Assembly: GCF_048593235.1 (NCBI RefSeq) | Contig: NC_133622.1 | Location: 250,360,055 to 250,424,054, forward strand | Direction of reading: 5' to 3' | Source of the DNA: Sminthopsis crassicaudata | Lineage: Eukaryota | Length of the DNA: 64,000 nt | Shown here: positions 23,384-36,545 of the stretch, in pieces | Position numbering within the stretch: the first letter of the stretch is position 1 | Layout of the letters: each line of letters begins with the position of its first letter | Position numbers and translations under genes: made by a program | Notes under the pieces: model-generated | The model's input: only the letters and a program-made list of their open reading frames with translations | What the model was told of the DNA's origin: nothing | The model's database searches: none

Positions 23384-23410
23384 TTCGAATACCCCGCCAA
23401 TCCGGAAGTG
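23384..23410 (-). promoter_or_regulatory. CDE/CHR element with CCAAT box and ETS site in the CDCA5/ZFPL1 bidirectional promoter
   Basis: Minus strand ATTGGCGG-GGTA-TTCGAA: CDE TGGCGG, 4-nt spacer, CHR variant TTCGAA; ccggaagt adjacent at 23402-23409. Confidence 0.6.
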
Positions 23411-23840
23411 ACGCAGAGGAAGAATTCGCGGCAAAGGAGGTGGGGTCTCCGCATTTGGTCCCGCTCTCCATCAGTGCGCACGCGCGGAGCCCAGGACCCT
23501 GGGGGAGGAAAGAACGTGAAGGAAGCGGAGGCGTGCGGGCGTCGTGGCGTCATCAGCGTGCGCCGCACCCGGAAGAGACGTGGCAGCAAAAAGAGTAACA
23601 AGAGCCGCAGGAGGGGCTGAAGCGACGGCTCCCGGTGAGCGCGGCCGAAGCCTCCCGGCCCGGCCCAACCCGACTCTCCGAGCTCGTGTGCTCGGAGAGC
23701 CCCCGGGCCCGGGGTCTGTCTGTGTTCTGGAGGGGGACAGAAGGAGCGGGGTCTTCGAGGGGGCGGGGCGCCCGGGGGCGGGGCCTCTCTGGGGCGGGGC
23801 TCTCACCTGCTCAGGGGGCGGGAGCACCACTCCCAGGTGA

Positions 23841-26348
<2,508 letters not shown>

Positions 26349-26649
26349 GCCCCGTCCCTCCCTTCCTCACCTCTGGCAGGAATCCCACAGAGCGGGGAGG
26401 AGAGTTGTGGCCACTGTGGGGCAGGGGCTGCTGGCTCTCCGGCCCGCTCCTTCCCCCTCCTGTCTCCTGAGACACTAAAGCCCCACTAACGCGAGGGGAC
26501 GAGGGCCGTCTGGCCGCTGCCACTGAGGTCCTGGGGCTCACTTGGGGCTGAGTCCTGTCCCCTGACCTGCTTTTCCTTGGGAGCACCAGCTCACAGCCAC
26601 CTTTTCCCCTCCAAACTCCCTCTCCCTCAGGAAGAGCTGTGGTGTTGAA

Positions 26650-26669
26650 AATAAACGACAGACTTTATT
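26650..26669. terminator. Opposed AATAAA signals of ZFPL1 (+) and TMEM262 (-)
   Basis: aataaa at 26650-26655 and tttatt at 26664-26669. Confidence 0.75.
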
Positions 26670-26724
26670 AAAATGAGCCGAGGCCTTTCCTTCCCTGGCG
26701 CTGGTGCTGGCTCTCGTCAGCCTC

Positions 26725-27298
26725 TCAGTGCTTCTCCTCCCGGTAGTTGATGGTGAGGAACTCCAAGGTCAGGCGGTTGATAAACATGGCCATGTTGAGC
26801 ACTGGGGCAAGAGAGGGCTGGAAGTGGCCCCAGTTCCCCCCGCACCTGTTCGGGCCCGGGAGTTGTGGGGTCCACTGTTGCCGTCCCCTCCCTCCTCCCC
26901 CTGCCCTCGGCCTCCCTTTCCGCCTCCCCACTTTCAGGTTCCCTGTTCTTACTCAGGATGGTCAGGGCACAGCATTTCAGAACCCTGTCTTCAATCAGCT
27001 CTGCGAAGAGTGACCCCAGGGAAGCCCACCAGATGCTCATCACCTGTGAGAACTGGCGCCCCCACGAGCTGTAGGAAGGGTCCCGCCGGCCCCGGCCCCG
27101 GCCCCCCGCACCCCCCTCGCTCACCAGGAGGATGATGGTGCTGCGGAAGCTCATGTAATTGAAGTTGCGTGTGATGCAGAAGTGGTGCACGTCATTGGCA
27201 AAGATGCTCACGTGCAGGATCAAGAGCAGCAGCGCCGCCAGCGTCAGCACCACCCCTGGCGGGAAGAAGAGCACCGAGATCCTGTCACGCCAGCGCAT
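26725..27298 (-). CDS. TMEM262: Transmembrane protein 262 / CatSper eta, 116 aa, 3 exons
   Basis: Exons 27125-27298, 26953-27052, 26725-26801. [15 protein letters not shown]...DVHHFCIT...[18 protein letters not shown]...[17 protein letters not shown]; length matches human as I recall it. Confidence 0.93.
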
Positions 27299-28329
27299 GG
27301 CAGCAGAACTGGACCGCACACCTCACTGGGGGCAGGCAGTTCTAGAACGCGGGAGGAAGAGGCACAGTGGGCACCAGAATGACCGGAGGGCTCTAGAACC
27401 AAGAGGTAGTTGTGGGGAGAGGGGAGCTCCCTTGCCCAAAGCCTTTGTGACCTTGGCCCTGTTGTTGGGAAAACAGCTACCCAAGGGGGAACGAACCTGC
27501 CCAGTTCCTAGAAGAACCCAGAAGAGGGTCTCGGTTTCCCCCTTTGACTCAAGACATATTAAGGGTCACTTCTGTAGGTCCCGAGCTGGATGTGCAAGAC
27601 TCAGTACTTGCCTTCTTGGAGAATGTGACTCCACATGCTCCTGGAGTTGGAGGATGGGGAATGTGTTCACATGAACCAGCCATGGGCTGGAGAAGGGGGA
27701 GGAGAGCTTCCCTAACGGGCAGGCAGTGGGAATGAGGAGGGGCTTTTGAAGAAAGAGGAGACCCATGGAGTTGGGCCAGTCTGTGGGGAAGGAGCCCGCA
27801 AAGGCAGTGGGGGACATGCGGGAACAGAAACACCCCCACTGACCCCGTGCCCCCTTTCTCTGACATTTCTCCACCTGGCCCATCACTCAACATGGCCCTA
27901 CACACAGTGGACGTTGCATGAGCCGCCCAGCTTGGTGTGTCCATTCTGCCTCATTTTCCATGTTCTCCCATCACACGGCCCTCACATTGGCCACATTTGG
28001 GCACCCCTCTCCACTCGGGGTCGCTGTTTCCAAGGAGCCGGTGCCGGCCGGCCCGGGAAAACTACTTTCCGTTCTTAGTTGAATGGCAGAATTAGCCAGT
28101 TAGGAAAGACCTTCGTGGCCAGCTGGTCCAAGGGAGGCAGTCATATATGGTGCTGGGGATGGCCTCCGGCCCGCGTGCCTCCGGCATGATGCTCCTTTGA
28201 TTACTCTTAGACAATTATTTTGACCTGAGGATCCCTTTCTCCCAGTGATTCCAGGCCACAAGTCAGCTCAGCATCCTGACAGGCAGCCCATTAACCCCTC
28301 CAGGTCCTCTGTGGGCTGTTACAGACCTT

Positions 28330-28697
28330 TGGGTCTCCACTGGTGGAGCAGCCGCCAGGAGCCCGGCAAATCTCATTCCCGGAGTGAGCGGGAGAAGCCA
28401 GAGGCCGGGTGAGACAGAGCCAGACTGGTGGCAAAGGTCATCGGGGGAGAAGAGCTTTGTGCCTTTGGCCATCCTGGGGCACCGCAGCTTCATGGGGCCC
28501 ATGGTGGTTTTTCTGGGTCTCCACTGGTGGAGCAGCCGCCAGGAGCCCGGCAAAGCTCATTCCCGGAGCGAGCGGGAGAGGCCAGGGGCCGGGTGAGACA
28601 GAGCCAGACTGGTGGCAAAGGTCATGGGGGGAGAAGAGCTTTGTGCCTTTGGCCATCCTGGGGCACGGCAGCTTCATGGGGCCCATGGTGGTTTTTC
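28330..28697. repeat. 184-bp head-to-tail tandem duplication
   Basis: Copies 28330-28513 and 28514-28697 differ by only a few substitutions. Confidence 0.92.
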
Positions 28698-29632
28698 AGG
28701 AACAAAATAAGTTTCCTGAGCCGGGGACAGGCCCTGCCATTGAGGAGCAGCTCCTATTGGGAAAGAGCCGCTCGGGCTGATGGCCCTCCTGCCTGCTTCA
28801 TCTGAAGCCATTTGTGTCTCTGCCCCGCCTCCTCCCCACAGTTTTGTGCTGGGACTTCACTTTATATCTGAAATACCTGGCGCTCCTCCTTGGGCTAACG
28901 ACTAAAGTTGGGGGGCGGCCATATTGGGTCAACTCCCATGTTCCAGGTTGAAGCACTGGATAAGGCTAAATGCCTTTTTCAGGGTGGCATTCAAGGCCCC
29001 CCTTGCACAGATCCAGGCTGGTCTGCCTCCTATCTCTGAGCCGGGGCTGCCAGGCTCTCCAGGGCTCCGTAGCCCAGGATGTCCTTCTCTCCCTCCCAGA
29101 GGTGGTAGGTGTGAGGGCCCCATTCTGAGTGAGCTCCCTGAAGGCAGCTGGGGGGCAAGCACCCTCTGTGCCAGGCCCTGGGAGGGGCTCTCTGCCCTCA
29201 AGGGGCTTCCATCGGGCCCACGGGTTCCATTGAGCTGCTCTTGCTGGGTCAGGGCCTGGTGCACCCCAGCAGGGTGGGGGGGGCCTGTCTGGAGGGTGGG
29301 GACGTGAGTGCCTCCTCCCCCCCTCCCGCTCCGCCGGGTGTGGGGGAATGATCACGCCAGCCCCTGACGCGGCACGCCATTCTGGGTAAACTGGTCCCAG
29401 AGCGGCAGAACCAGATCAGATCCGGCTGGCCCCGCCTCGGCCCGGGCCAAGCACACCTTGGTGGTGGTGGGGGCACCCAGCTGGTATCCCCATTTTACAT
29501 CCGGGCAAACCGGGGCAAACAGATGGAGTGAGTGGCGCAGGTTCACGCCGCTAGTGAATGAGGCTGGATTTGAACTGGCCTGGCCCGGGCTCGGAGAGCT
29601 GGGAAGATTGGCGGCCCGGCTCGCCTTGCCTT

Positions 29633-29781
29633 GCGCCTGCGCAGCTGCTTCCTCTCGGGAGGGGAGGGGTCGGAACTATTCTCACGGTCTCGCGTTTTCA
29701 AGGAGGAGGCTTTTCCGGACGGACCGCTCCCCGCCGGGGGAACCTGTTTCCTGCCGCACCACCTCCCTATAGCCGGAAGTG
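29633..29781 (+). promoter_or_regulatory. VPS51 promoter: NRF1-like and ETS sites
   Basis: tgcgcctgcgca at about 29631-29642 and ccggaagt at 29773-29780, upstream of the ATG at 29821. Confidence 0.45.
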
Positions 29782-29820
29782 ACCGGCTACGCTCCCGTGC
29801 GCTTGACAGGCAGGGGCGGA

Positions 29821-32800
29821 ATGGAGGCCGCGGCGGGCCCGGGCCCGGGGCTGGGGGCGTCCCCGGAGGAGCCCGAGGCCCCAGAGCGGCGACGGAAGGC
29901 GCACGGGATGCTGAAGCTGTACTATGGACTCCCCGAAGCCGAGACGGCGGCCTCAGGGGTGCCCCCCGACCCGCGGGACCCCACGGACCTCAACGGCGCG
30001 CATTTCGACCCGGAGGTGTTCCTGGACAAGGTGGGGCCGCCCGCAGCCCTGACAGCCCCGCCCCTCGTGGCCCCCAAAGGTCCCCCAAGCATGGCCTGCA
30101 GCTCGAGGGTCTTTGTGTCCCTGGGGGAGCCCTCAGAGTCCCTGTCAGCTTCCCCAGTGCCCCCCGTCTCCCGGGGGGCTTATGGGTCCCTGACAGGCTC
30201 CCCTCCAGTACACCTGGGCCCTCCCGGTGCCCGACGGCCGCCCCATGTTCTGGTGCCTCCTGACGGCCCCCCAGCCCCAAACTGCCTGCTGATCCTCCTC
30301 CGTTGTGCTCCAGGCCCCCCTGTGCCCCCGGGCCCCCATGAGCCCCCCCGCCGCCCGGCTCCCCGGCCGGTACAAGGCTGACGGCCTGTGCCGCCCTGCC
30401 CCCACAGCTGCGGAAGGAGTGCCCCCTGGCGCAGCTGATGGACAGCGAGACGGACATGGTGCGGCAGATCCGCGCGCTGGACAGCGACATGCAGACCCTG
30501 GTCTACGAGAACTACAACAAGTTCATCTGTGCCACAGGTGAGGGGCGGCCCGACCCCTCCCCTCCCCCTCCCCGTCACTAACGGCTCAGGTTCTGGGCCG
30601 TCTTGTACTGAGGGACCCGCTCGGGGCTCCGGTCATACAGCTCCCCCTGGGGGGCCGGGGGGGCCGGGGGGGCGCTGCGGGCTGAGGGATGGCCGCCCCC
30701 CCCCCAGACACCATCCGCAAGATGAAGAACGACTTCCGGAAGATGGAGGACGAGATGGATCGCCTGGCCGCCACCATGGCCGTCATCACCGACTTCAGCG
30801 CGCGCATCAGCGCCACGCTCCAGGACCGCCACGAGCGCATCACCAAGCTGGCAGGTGGGCGGGGGGCTGAGGGGAGGGGGCTGGGGAGGGGGGCAGGCAG
30901 TGGCGGTCAGATGGGAGAGGCGGCTCCCGGTGCCTCCCTCATCCCCCCCTGCAGGTGTCCACGCTTTGCTGAGGAAGCTTCAGTTCCTTTTCGAGCTGCC
31001 TTCGCGCCTCACCAAGTGTGTGGAGCTGGGGGCCTACGGGCAGGCCGTGCGGTACCAGGGTCGGGCCCGGGCCGTGCTGCAGCAGTACCAGCACCTGCCC
31101 TCCTTCCGGGCCATCCAGGACGACTGCCAGCTCATCACCGCCCGCCTGGCCCAGCAGCTGCGCCAAAAATTCAGGTACCCGACGACGTGCCCGCCCCGGT
31201 CACCCCTCGGCCCTCCTTCCCCGACCCGGCCGTGCCCGCGTGGGGCCTTCTGCCTCCCGCCTCGCCGCAGCCGGGCCCGCTTCTGTCTCCCCACAGGGAT
31301 GGCGGGGCAGGGGCACCGGAGCTGGCCGAGTGCGTGGAGCTGCTGCTGGCCCTGGGGGAGCCGGCCGAGGAGCTGTGTGACGAGTTCCTGGCCCACGCCC
31401 GGGGACGCCTGGAAGGCGAGCTGGGCGGCCTGGAGGCCGAGCTGGGCCCCTCACCACCTGCCCCCGACGTGCTGGAGTTCACCGACCAGGGCGGCAGCGG
31501 CTTTGTGAGCGGGCTTTGCCAAGTGGTGGCGTCCTACCAGGAGCTCTTCTCTGCCCAGGGCCCGGCGGGCGTGGAGAAGCTGGTGGCCTTCGCCCGGGAG
31601 CTGGGCAGCCGCTACTTCGCTCTGGTGGAGAGGCGGCTGGCACAAGAGCAGGGGAGTGGGGACAATTCCCTCCTGGTCCGGGCCCTGGATCGGTTCCATC
31701 GACGGCTGCGGGCCCCAGGCACCATGCTGCCCGCGGCGGGGCTGACGGAGGGAGCCACCGAGATCGTGGAGCGGGCGGCCCGGGAGCGGCTGGGCCAACA
31801 CCTGCAGGGCCTGTGTGCCGCCTTCTCGGGCTGCCTGACGGACGTGCGCCAGGCTCTGGCTGCCCCCCGGCTGGCGGGCAAGGAGGGCCCGGGCCTGGGG
31901 GAGCTCCTGGCCTCGGTGTCCGGGGCCATCCTGGGCCACATCAAGGCCTCGCTGGCTGCCGTGCACCTCTTCACTGCCAAGGACGTGTCCTTCTCCAATA
32001 AGGCCTACTTCAGGGTGAGGGGCTGGGGGCCGAGGGGGCGGGCCAGGGAGCCGGCTGGGTCTGCCTCCCCGGTGTCTGTGGTCTGTGGCTCTCTGCGGGA
32101 GGTGGCTTGTGGAGAAAGGAGGGCTCAGACGGTGCCTCCTGGCTGGGCTGCTCCCCCCTGAGCCTCTCTTGCGTCCCCCTCCAGGGCGAGTTCTGCAGCC
32201 AGGGCGTCCGGGAGGGTCTCATCGTGGGCTTCATCCGCTCCATGTGCCAGACTGCCCGCGGCTTCTGCGACAGCCCGGGGGAGAAGGGCGGGGCCACGCC
32301 ACCGGCCCTGCTCCTGCTGCTCTCCCGCCTCTGCCTGGACTATGAGACCTCCACCATCTCTTACATTCTCACCCTCACCGACGAGCAGTTTCTCGGGCAG
32401 GTGAGCACCCAGGAGCCTTTTCAGTTCTGATGGGCAACCTGCCCACGTGGGTCCAGGGCCATTGGCCACTGACACTTAAGGAAACCGAGGCTGAGGAGGA
32501 GGCGCTTAGGAGGCAGGGGCAGAGCCTGCGGATGGGTGGTCTCAGAACTTGGGCCAGCCATGGAACGGGCCTGTGGTCGGCATCATAGAAGGGAGAGCCC
32601 GGAGGGGCCCTGGCTCAGCCCCCTCGTGGAGGTCAGGAGACCGTGACCCAGACGACATGTGTAACTCCTTTGGCCACATAGATTATGGGAGGCAGAGCCT
32701 GAGTCAGAATCGAAGTTGAATTGGGGGCTTGGCTCCGAACTTCATGCTCCCATCACGCCATCGGGTCCCCCCACCCCGGGAGGCTTCTGAAGGGCCTCTT

Positions 32801-34092
32801 CTCTCTGCTCTGCGTCCCCCCCAGGACCACTCCCCCGTGACTCCGGTGAGCACCCTGTGTGCAGAGGCGAGGGAGACCGCGCGCCGGCTGCTGACCCACT
32901 ATGTGAAGGTCCAGGGACTAGTGGTGTCCCAGATGCTCCGCAAGAGCGTGGAGACCCGGGACTGGCTCACCACCCTGGAGCCCCGCAACGTGCGGGCCGT
33001 CATGAAGCGCGTGGTAGAGGACACGACCGCCATTGATGTGCAGGTGCTGGTGGGGAGGGAACAGGGAGGGATCAAGACCCTGAGAAGAAGAGCATCGGCA
33101 TTCATGGTGGGGGGATCCCGAGGTGGCTGCGGGGGGTGTCGACTCAGCCCGAGGGCTCCAGGGGCAGCTCCTGACTGGGCCTCTGGCGCAGAGAGTCCCC
33201 ATCTGAAGGAGGAGCCAGGGCTGCCCGGGGGTGGGGGAGCTCCTCAGGGAAGGCCCCCCCGGGCCTCGGCCAGCCTGCCTATCCTGACAGGTGGGGCTTC
33301 TCTACGAGGAGGGCGTCCGCAAAGCCCAGAGCAGCGATTCCAGCAAGAGGACGTTCTCGGTGTACAGCAGCTCCCGGCAGCAGGGCCGCTACGCCCCCAG
33401 CTACACCCCGAGGTGAGGGCTGGCGAGGTCGGGGCCGGGTGCTCAGGGGCTGGGGGCTGGGCCCCCGGGCTGACTCTTCTGCCCTCCCCACTAGCGCCCC
33501 CATGGACACCAATCTTCTGAGCAACATTCAGAAGCTCTTCTCAGAGCGCATCGATGTCTTTAGCCCTGTGGAATTCAACAAGGTCAGAGAAGACCTCCTT
33601 CCCCCTCCCCATCTGTCTCTTCCCTACTGCCCCTGTCCTGTCTGGGCCCTGCCTTTGTGGCTTCCCAACACCAGTGACCCCTAGGAGCAGCCAGAGAGCC
33701 TCCACTCAGCAGCACCCCCCCACTGGTGCTGCTTTTGTCCTCCTCCCAGCCTCCACCTGGCCCCCATGCATCATCCCTGCCCCCACAGGGCCCCCGGACC
33801 TCATCCACACTGTCCCTCTCCCCTCCCCCAGGTGTCTGTTCTCACAGGCATCATCAAGATCAGCCTGAAGACACTGCTCGAGTGCGTGCGGCTGCGGACC
33901 TTCGGCCGCTACGGCCTGCAGCAGGTCCAGGTGGACTGCCACTTCCTCCAGCTTTACCTGTGGCGCTTTGTGGCTGACGAGGAGCTCGTCCACCTGCTGC
34001 TGGACGAGGTGGTGGCCTCGGCCGCCCTGCGCTGCCTCGACCCCGTGCCCATGGAGCCCAGCGTGGTGGAGGTGATCTGTGAGCGCGGCTGA
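29821..34092 (+). CDS. VPS51: VPS51 subunit of the GARP/EARP complexes, 10 exons
   Basis: Exons 29821-30030, 30408-30537, 30708-30854, 30955-31174, 31297-32014, 32185-32400, 32825-33043, 33291-33412, 33495-33582, 33832-34092. [50 protein letters not shown]; ATTAAA at 34193-34198. Confidence 0.97.
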
Positions 34093-34559
34093 CGCGGCCC
34101 CCGGCCAAGCCCCACGTTCTCCCTGGGGCCGGGCAGCCGGCCCCATGTCCCTCTCTGAGAGAGTCTGTCCACCTTCCCGTCTTCCCCGGTCAATTAAAGA
34201 AGTGTATTATTCTCCAGCCGGTGCTGGACCTCCTTCTTTGTGGCAGCAGGGGAGAAGCAGGCGGCACATACCCTGCCCCCCAGGACATAAGCCTGGTGGC
34301 TCCGTGAAGCTGCCCTGGGCTCTGGGGTCTCCTCGGCCCCTGCAGGACCCCTCTTCCATCCTTGCAGCCAGGGCTATCTGGCTTCCTCTTTAAGATGATT
34401 GCTCAGAGATTCAGCCAGGACGGCTCTTCCTCTCTCTGCCCGTTGCTTCCCCACCTGCGGCTCTCCTGACCGTCATCCTCTTTTCCTTCTCACCTTTGCT
34501 CCCTCAAGCCAGTGGTGCGGCCCGTGAGAAAGCAAGTTAGGAAAGACTGGTTGTCTCCT

Positions 34560-34690
34560 GTCCGTTAACGCCCGTTTGAGTGTGTAGTGGGTGTGAGCGT
34601 GAGTGTGTGTAATGTGTGTGTGAAAGTGTGTTATTGTATGTTATATGTGTGTGAGCAATGAGTGAATGTGTCACGTGCGTGTGCCTGTGA
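34560..34690. repeat. Degenerate (TG)n microsatellite
   Basis: gtgtgtagtgggtgtgagcgtgagtgtgtgtaatgtgtgtgtgaaagtgtg. Confidence 0.6.
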
Positions 34691-35831
34691 TTACCGGCCC
34701 GAGTCCTGGAAATAAGACCACAGTAAAGTCATCCCTCCCTTCTAGGAGCTGAAAGTCTAAAAGGAGAAGAGTCTAGTTAGGAGTCCCAGGTAGTTGGGGG
34801 AGGGGGCCGCAGTGACGAGCAGGGGAGCCAATCCTTGGTGCTGCTGGGGGGGTGGCGGGCCAGCTTGTCCCCAGGGCAGGGCGGGGCACAGAGTCTGAAG
34901 CCAGGGCCCTGAGGGTGCTTGTTTGCAGGCCACAAGGGGCAGCCTTCAGAAGGAAGTCAGTGAGTTTCTTAAGCTCCTACTGTGTGCTGAGCAGTGCTAA
35001 TGGCATGCCCTAGTCTTCCACCAATAAGGGGAGCCGAGCACTCCCCAGTGAGTCCATTCGGGCCGCTGTGGCTGTAGGCTCTGGGCGACTCCCGGGCTCT
35101 CACCAAGGGCAAGGAGGGGCCAAGAAGTAAATACCAGCTACTCCTCACACTTGGCCAGGGGATGTGAGTCCCCCAGGGGCCGCTGTTGGTGCCAGAGTTG
35201 AGGAAACTCATCTTACTGCACTTGGGTTCGTTAATCACATTGTTAACATTCCCTACTTAGAAGCCGGGTGAGGGAAACGCTTTGCAAAGCTTAAAGCATG
35301 AAAAATGCCATTAGCATTAGTCAATATCGCGCCTCTTTAATGAGCAAACATTAAGTGCCTACTGCGTGCCAGGTACTCTGCTTAGCATTGCGGATCCAAG
35401 CAGACAGGCCCAACCTTCAAGAAACGCAGAAGCTGGGGGGGAAACATGCGGACACCGGAGCGGACTGTGGGGAGTGAGGAAATCGGGAGCAGAGGAAAGG
35501 CCGCGGGAGCAAACTTCCTGCAGGAGGGGACACTCGGGCCTTAAAGGAAGCGGGAGGCTAGGGGAGCGGAGCCGCGAGCCGGGACACGGGAGAGGAGGCC
35601 CGGCCGCCCGAGAGTCTTGTTCACCGAAGGGTGCGGAGGCCCGGAATCTGGGCCCAAGCGGACCTGCCAGACCAGGAAGACTAGAAAGGGAGGCTGGCGG
35701 CCCCGGGGCCGGGAGCCCGAGGGCTGTGCTGCGCCGGGAGGGTCCGGGAACAGAGCCTTCCACGCACGAGCGCCTTGGGGCCCCCACATCCCCACCGGGA
35801 GGGCGCTGCTTTATTAGCTTATTATCCCATT

Positions 35832-36120
35832 CTATAGCCGGGAAACCGGGCACCAGGGCCCCGCGCCAAGTAACGGGCCGGGCCAGCTTCCCGCCTCCCT
35901 CGCCCCCCGCCATTTTGCAGCGAGCAGCCTGAGCCCGGAGCGGGCAGCAAAGCTGTGGATGGCCACGTCCGGCGCCAATGTCGAGCGCCCCTCCGGGGGT
36001 TCGGGCCCTTCCCGCGGCTCCGCCGCCTTCCCGGCCCGGGGGGCGGGGGCTTGGCTCGGCGGGCTCAGGGCGGAGTGGCTGGGGGGCGGGGGGAAGGAAC
36101 CGCCCAGAGGGTCCTCGCAG
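35832..36120 (+). promoter_or_regulatory. Putative upstream promoter and 5' exon of TM7SF2
   Basis: ctatag at about 35833, YY1 motif cgccattttg at 35908-35917, donor CAG|gtgggg at 36120, and strong acceptor ctttgtctgtctcccag ending at 36529, 16 nt before the TM7SF2 ATG. Confidence 0.45.
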
Positions 36121-36545
36121 GTGGGGTGCGGCCGCGAACCTGGGGAGCCGGGACGGGCGGGAGCAGGTGCGGGGCGGCTCGGGGGGCGGGGGCGTTGTCC
36201 GTGCCCACCAATCCCGGCCGCCCGGGGAGTCCGGCAGGTCCAGAGCCCGGCCCTGGCTCCGCCCCCGGCGGGCGACGATTGGCTGTGGCGTGAGCAGGGC
36301 TCCGGGGATTGGAGGCGGGGAGGTGGGAGGAGGGTGGGCAGGCAGGGATGAGCCGAGCTGGGGCGGAGAGAGGGGAGGTGTGGAGGAAGCCCCGCGCCCC
36401 TGGCCCTGCCCTGCGGCCGCTGGGCAGCGCTCCTGAGGGCTAGAGGGTCAGCTGGGCTGCCTGTCAGCGCCCTCGGCCGGCCCCCTCCGCCCGGGTTCCG
36501 CAGCCTCGGGCCCTTTGTCTGTCTCCCAGGCCCGGATCCAGAGCC

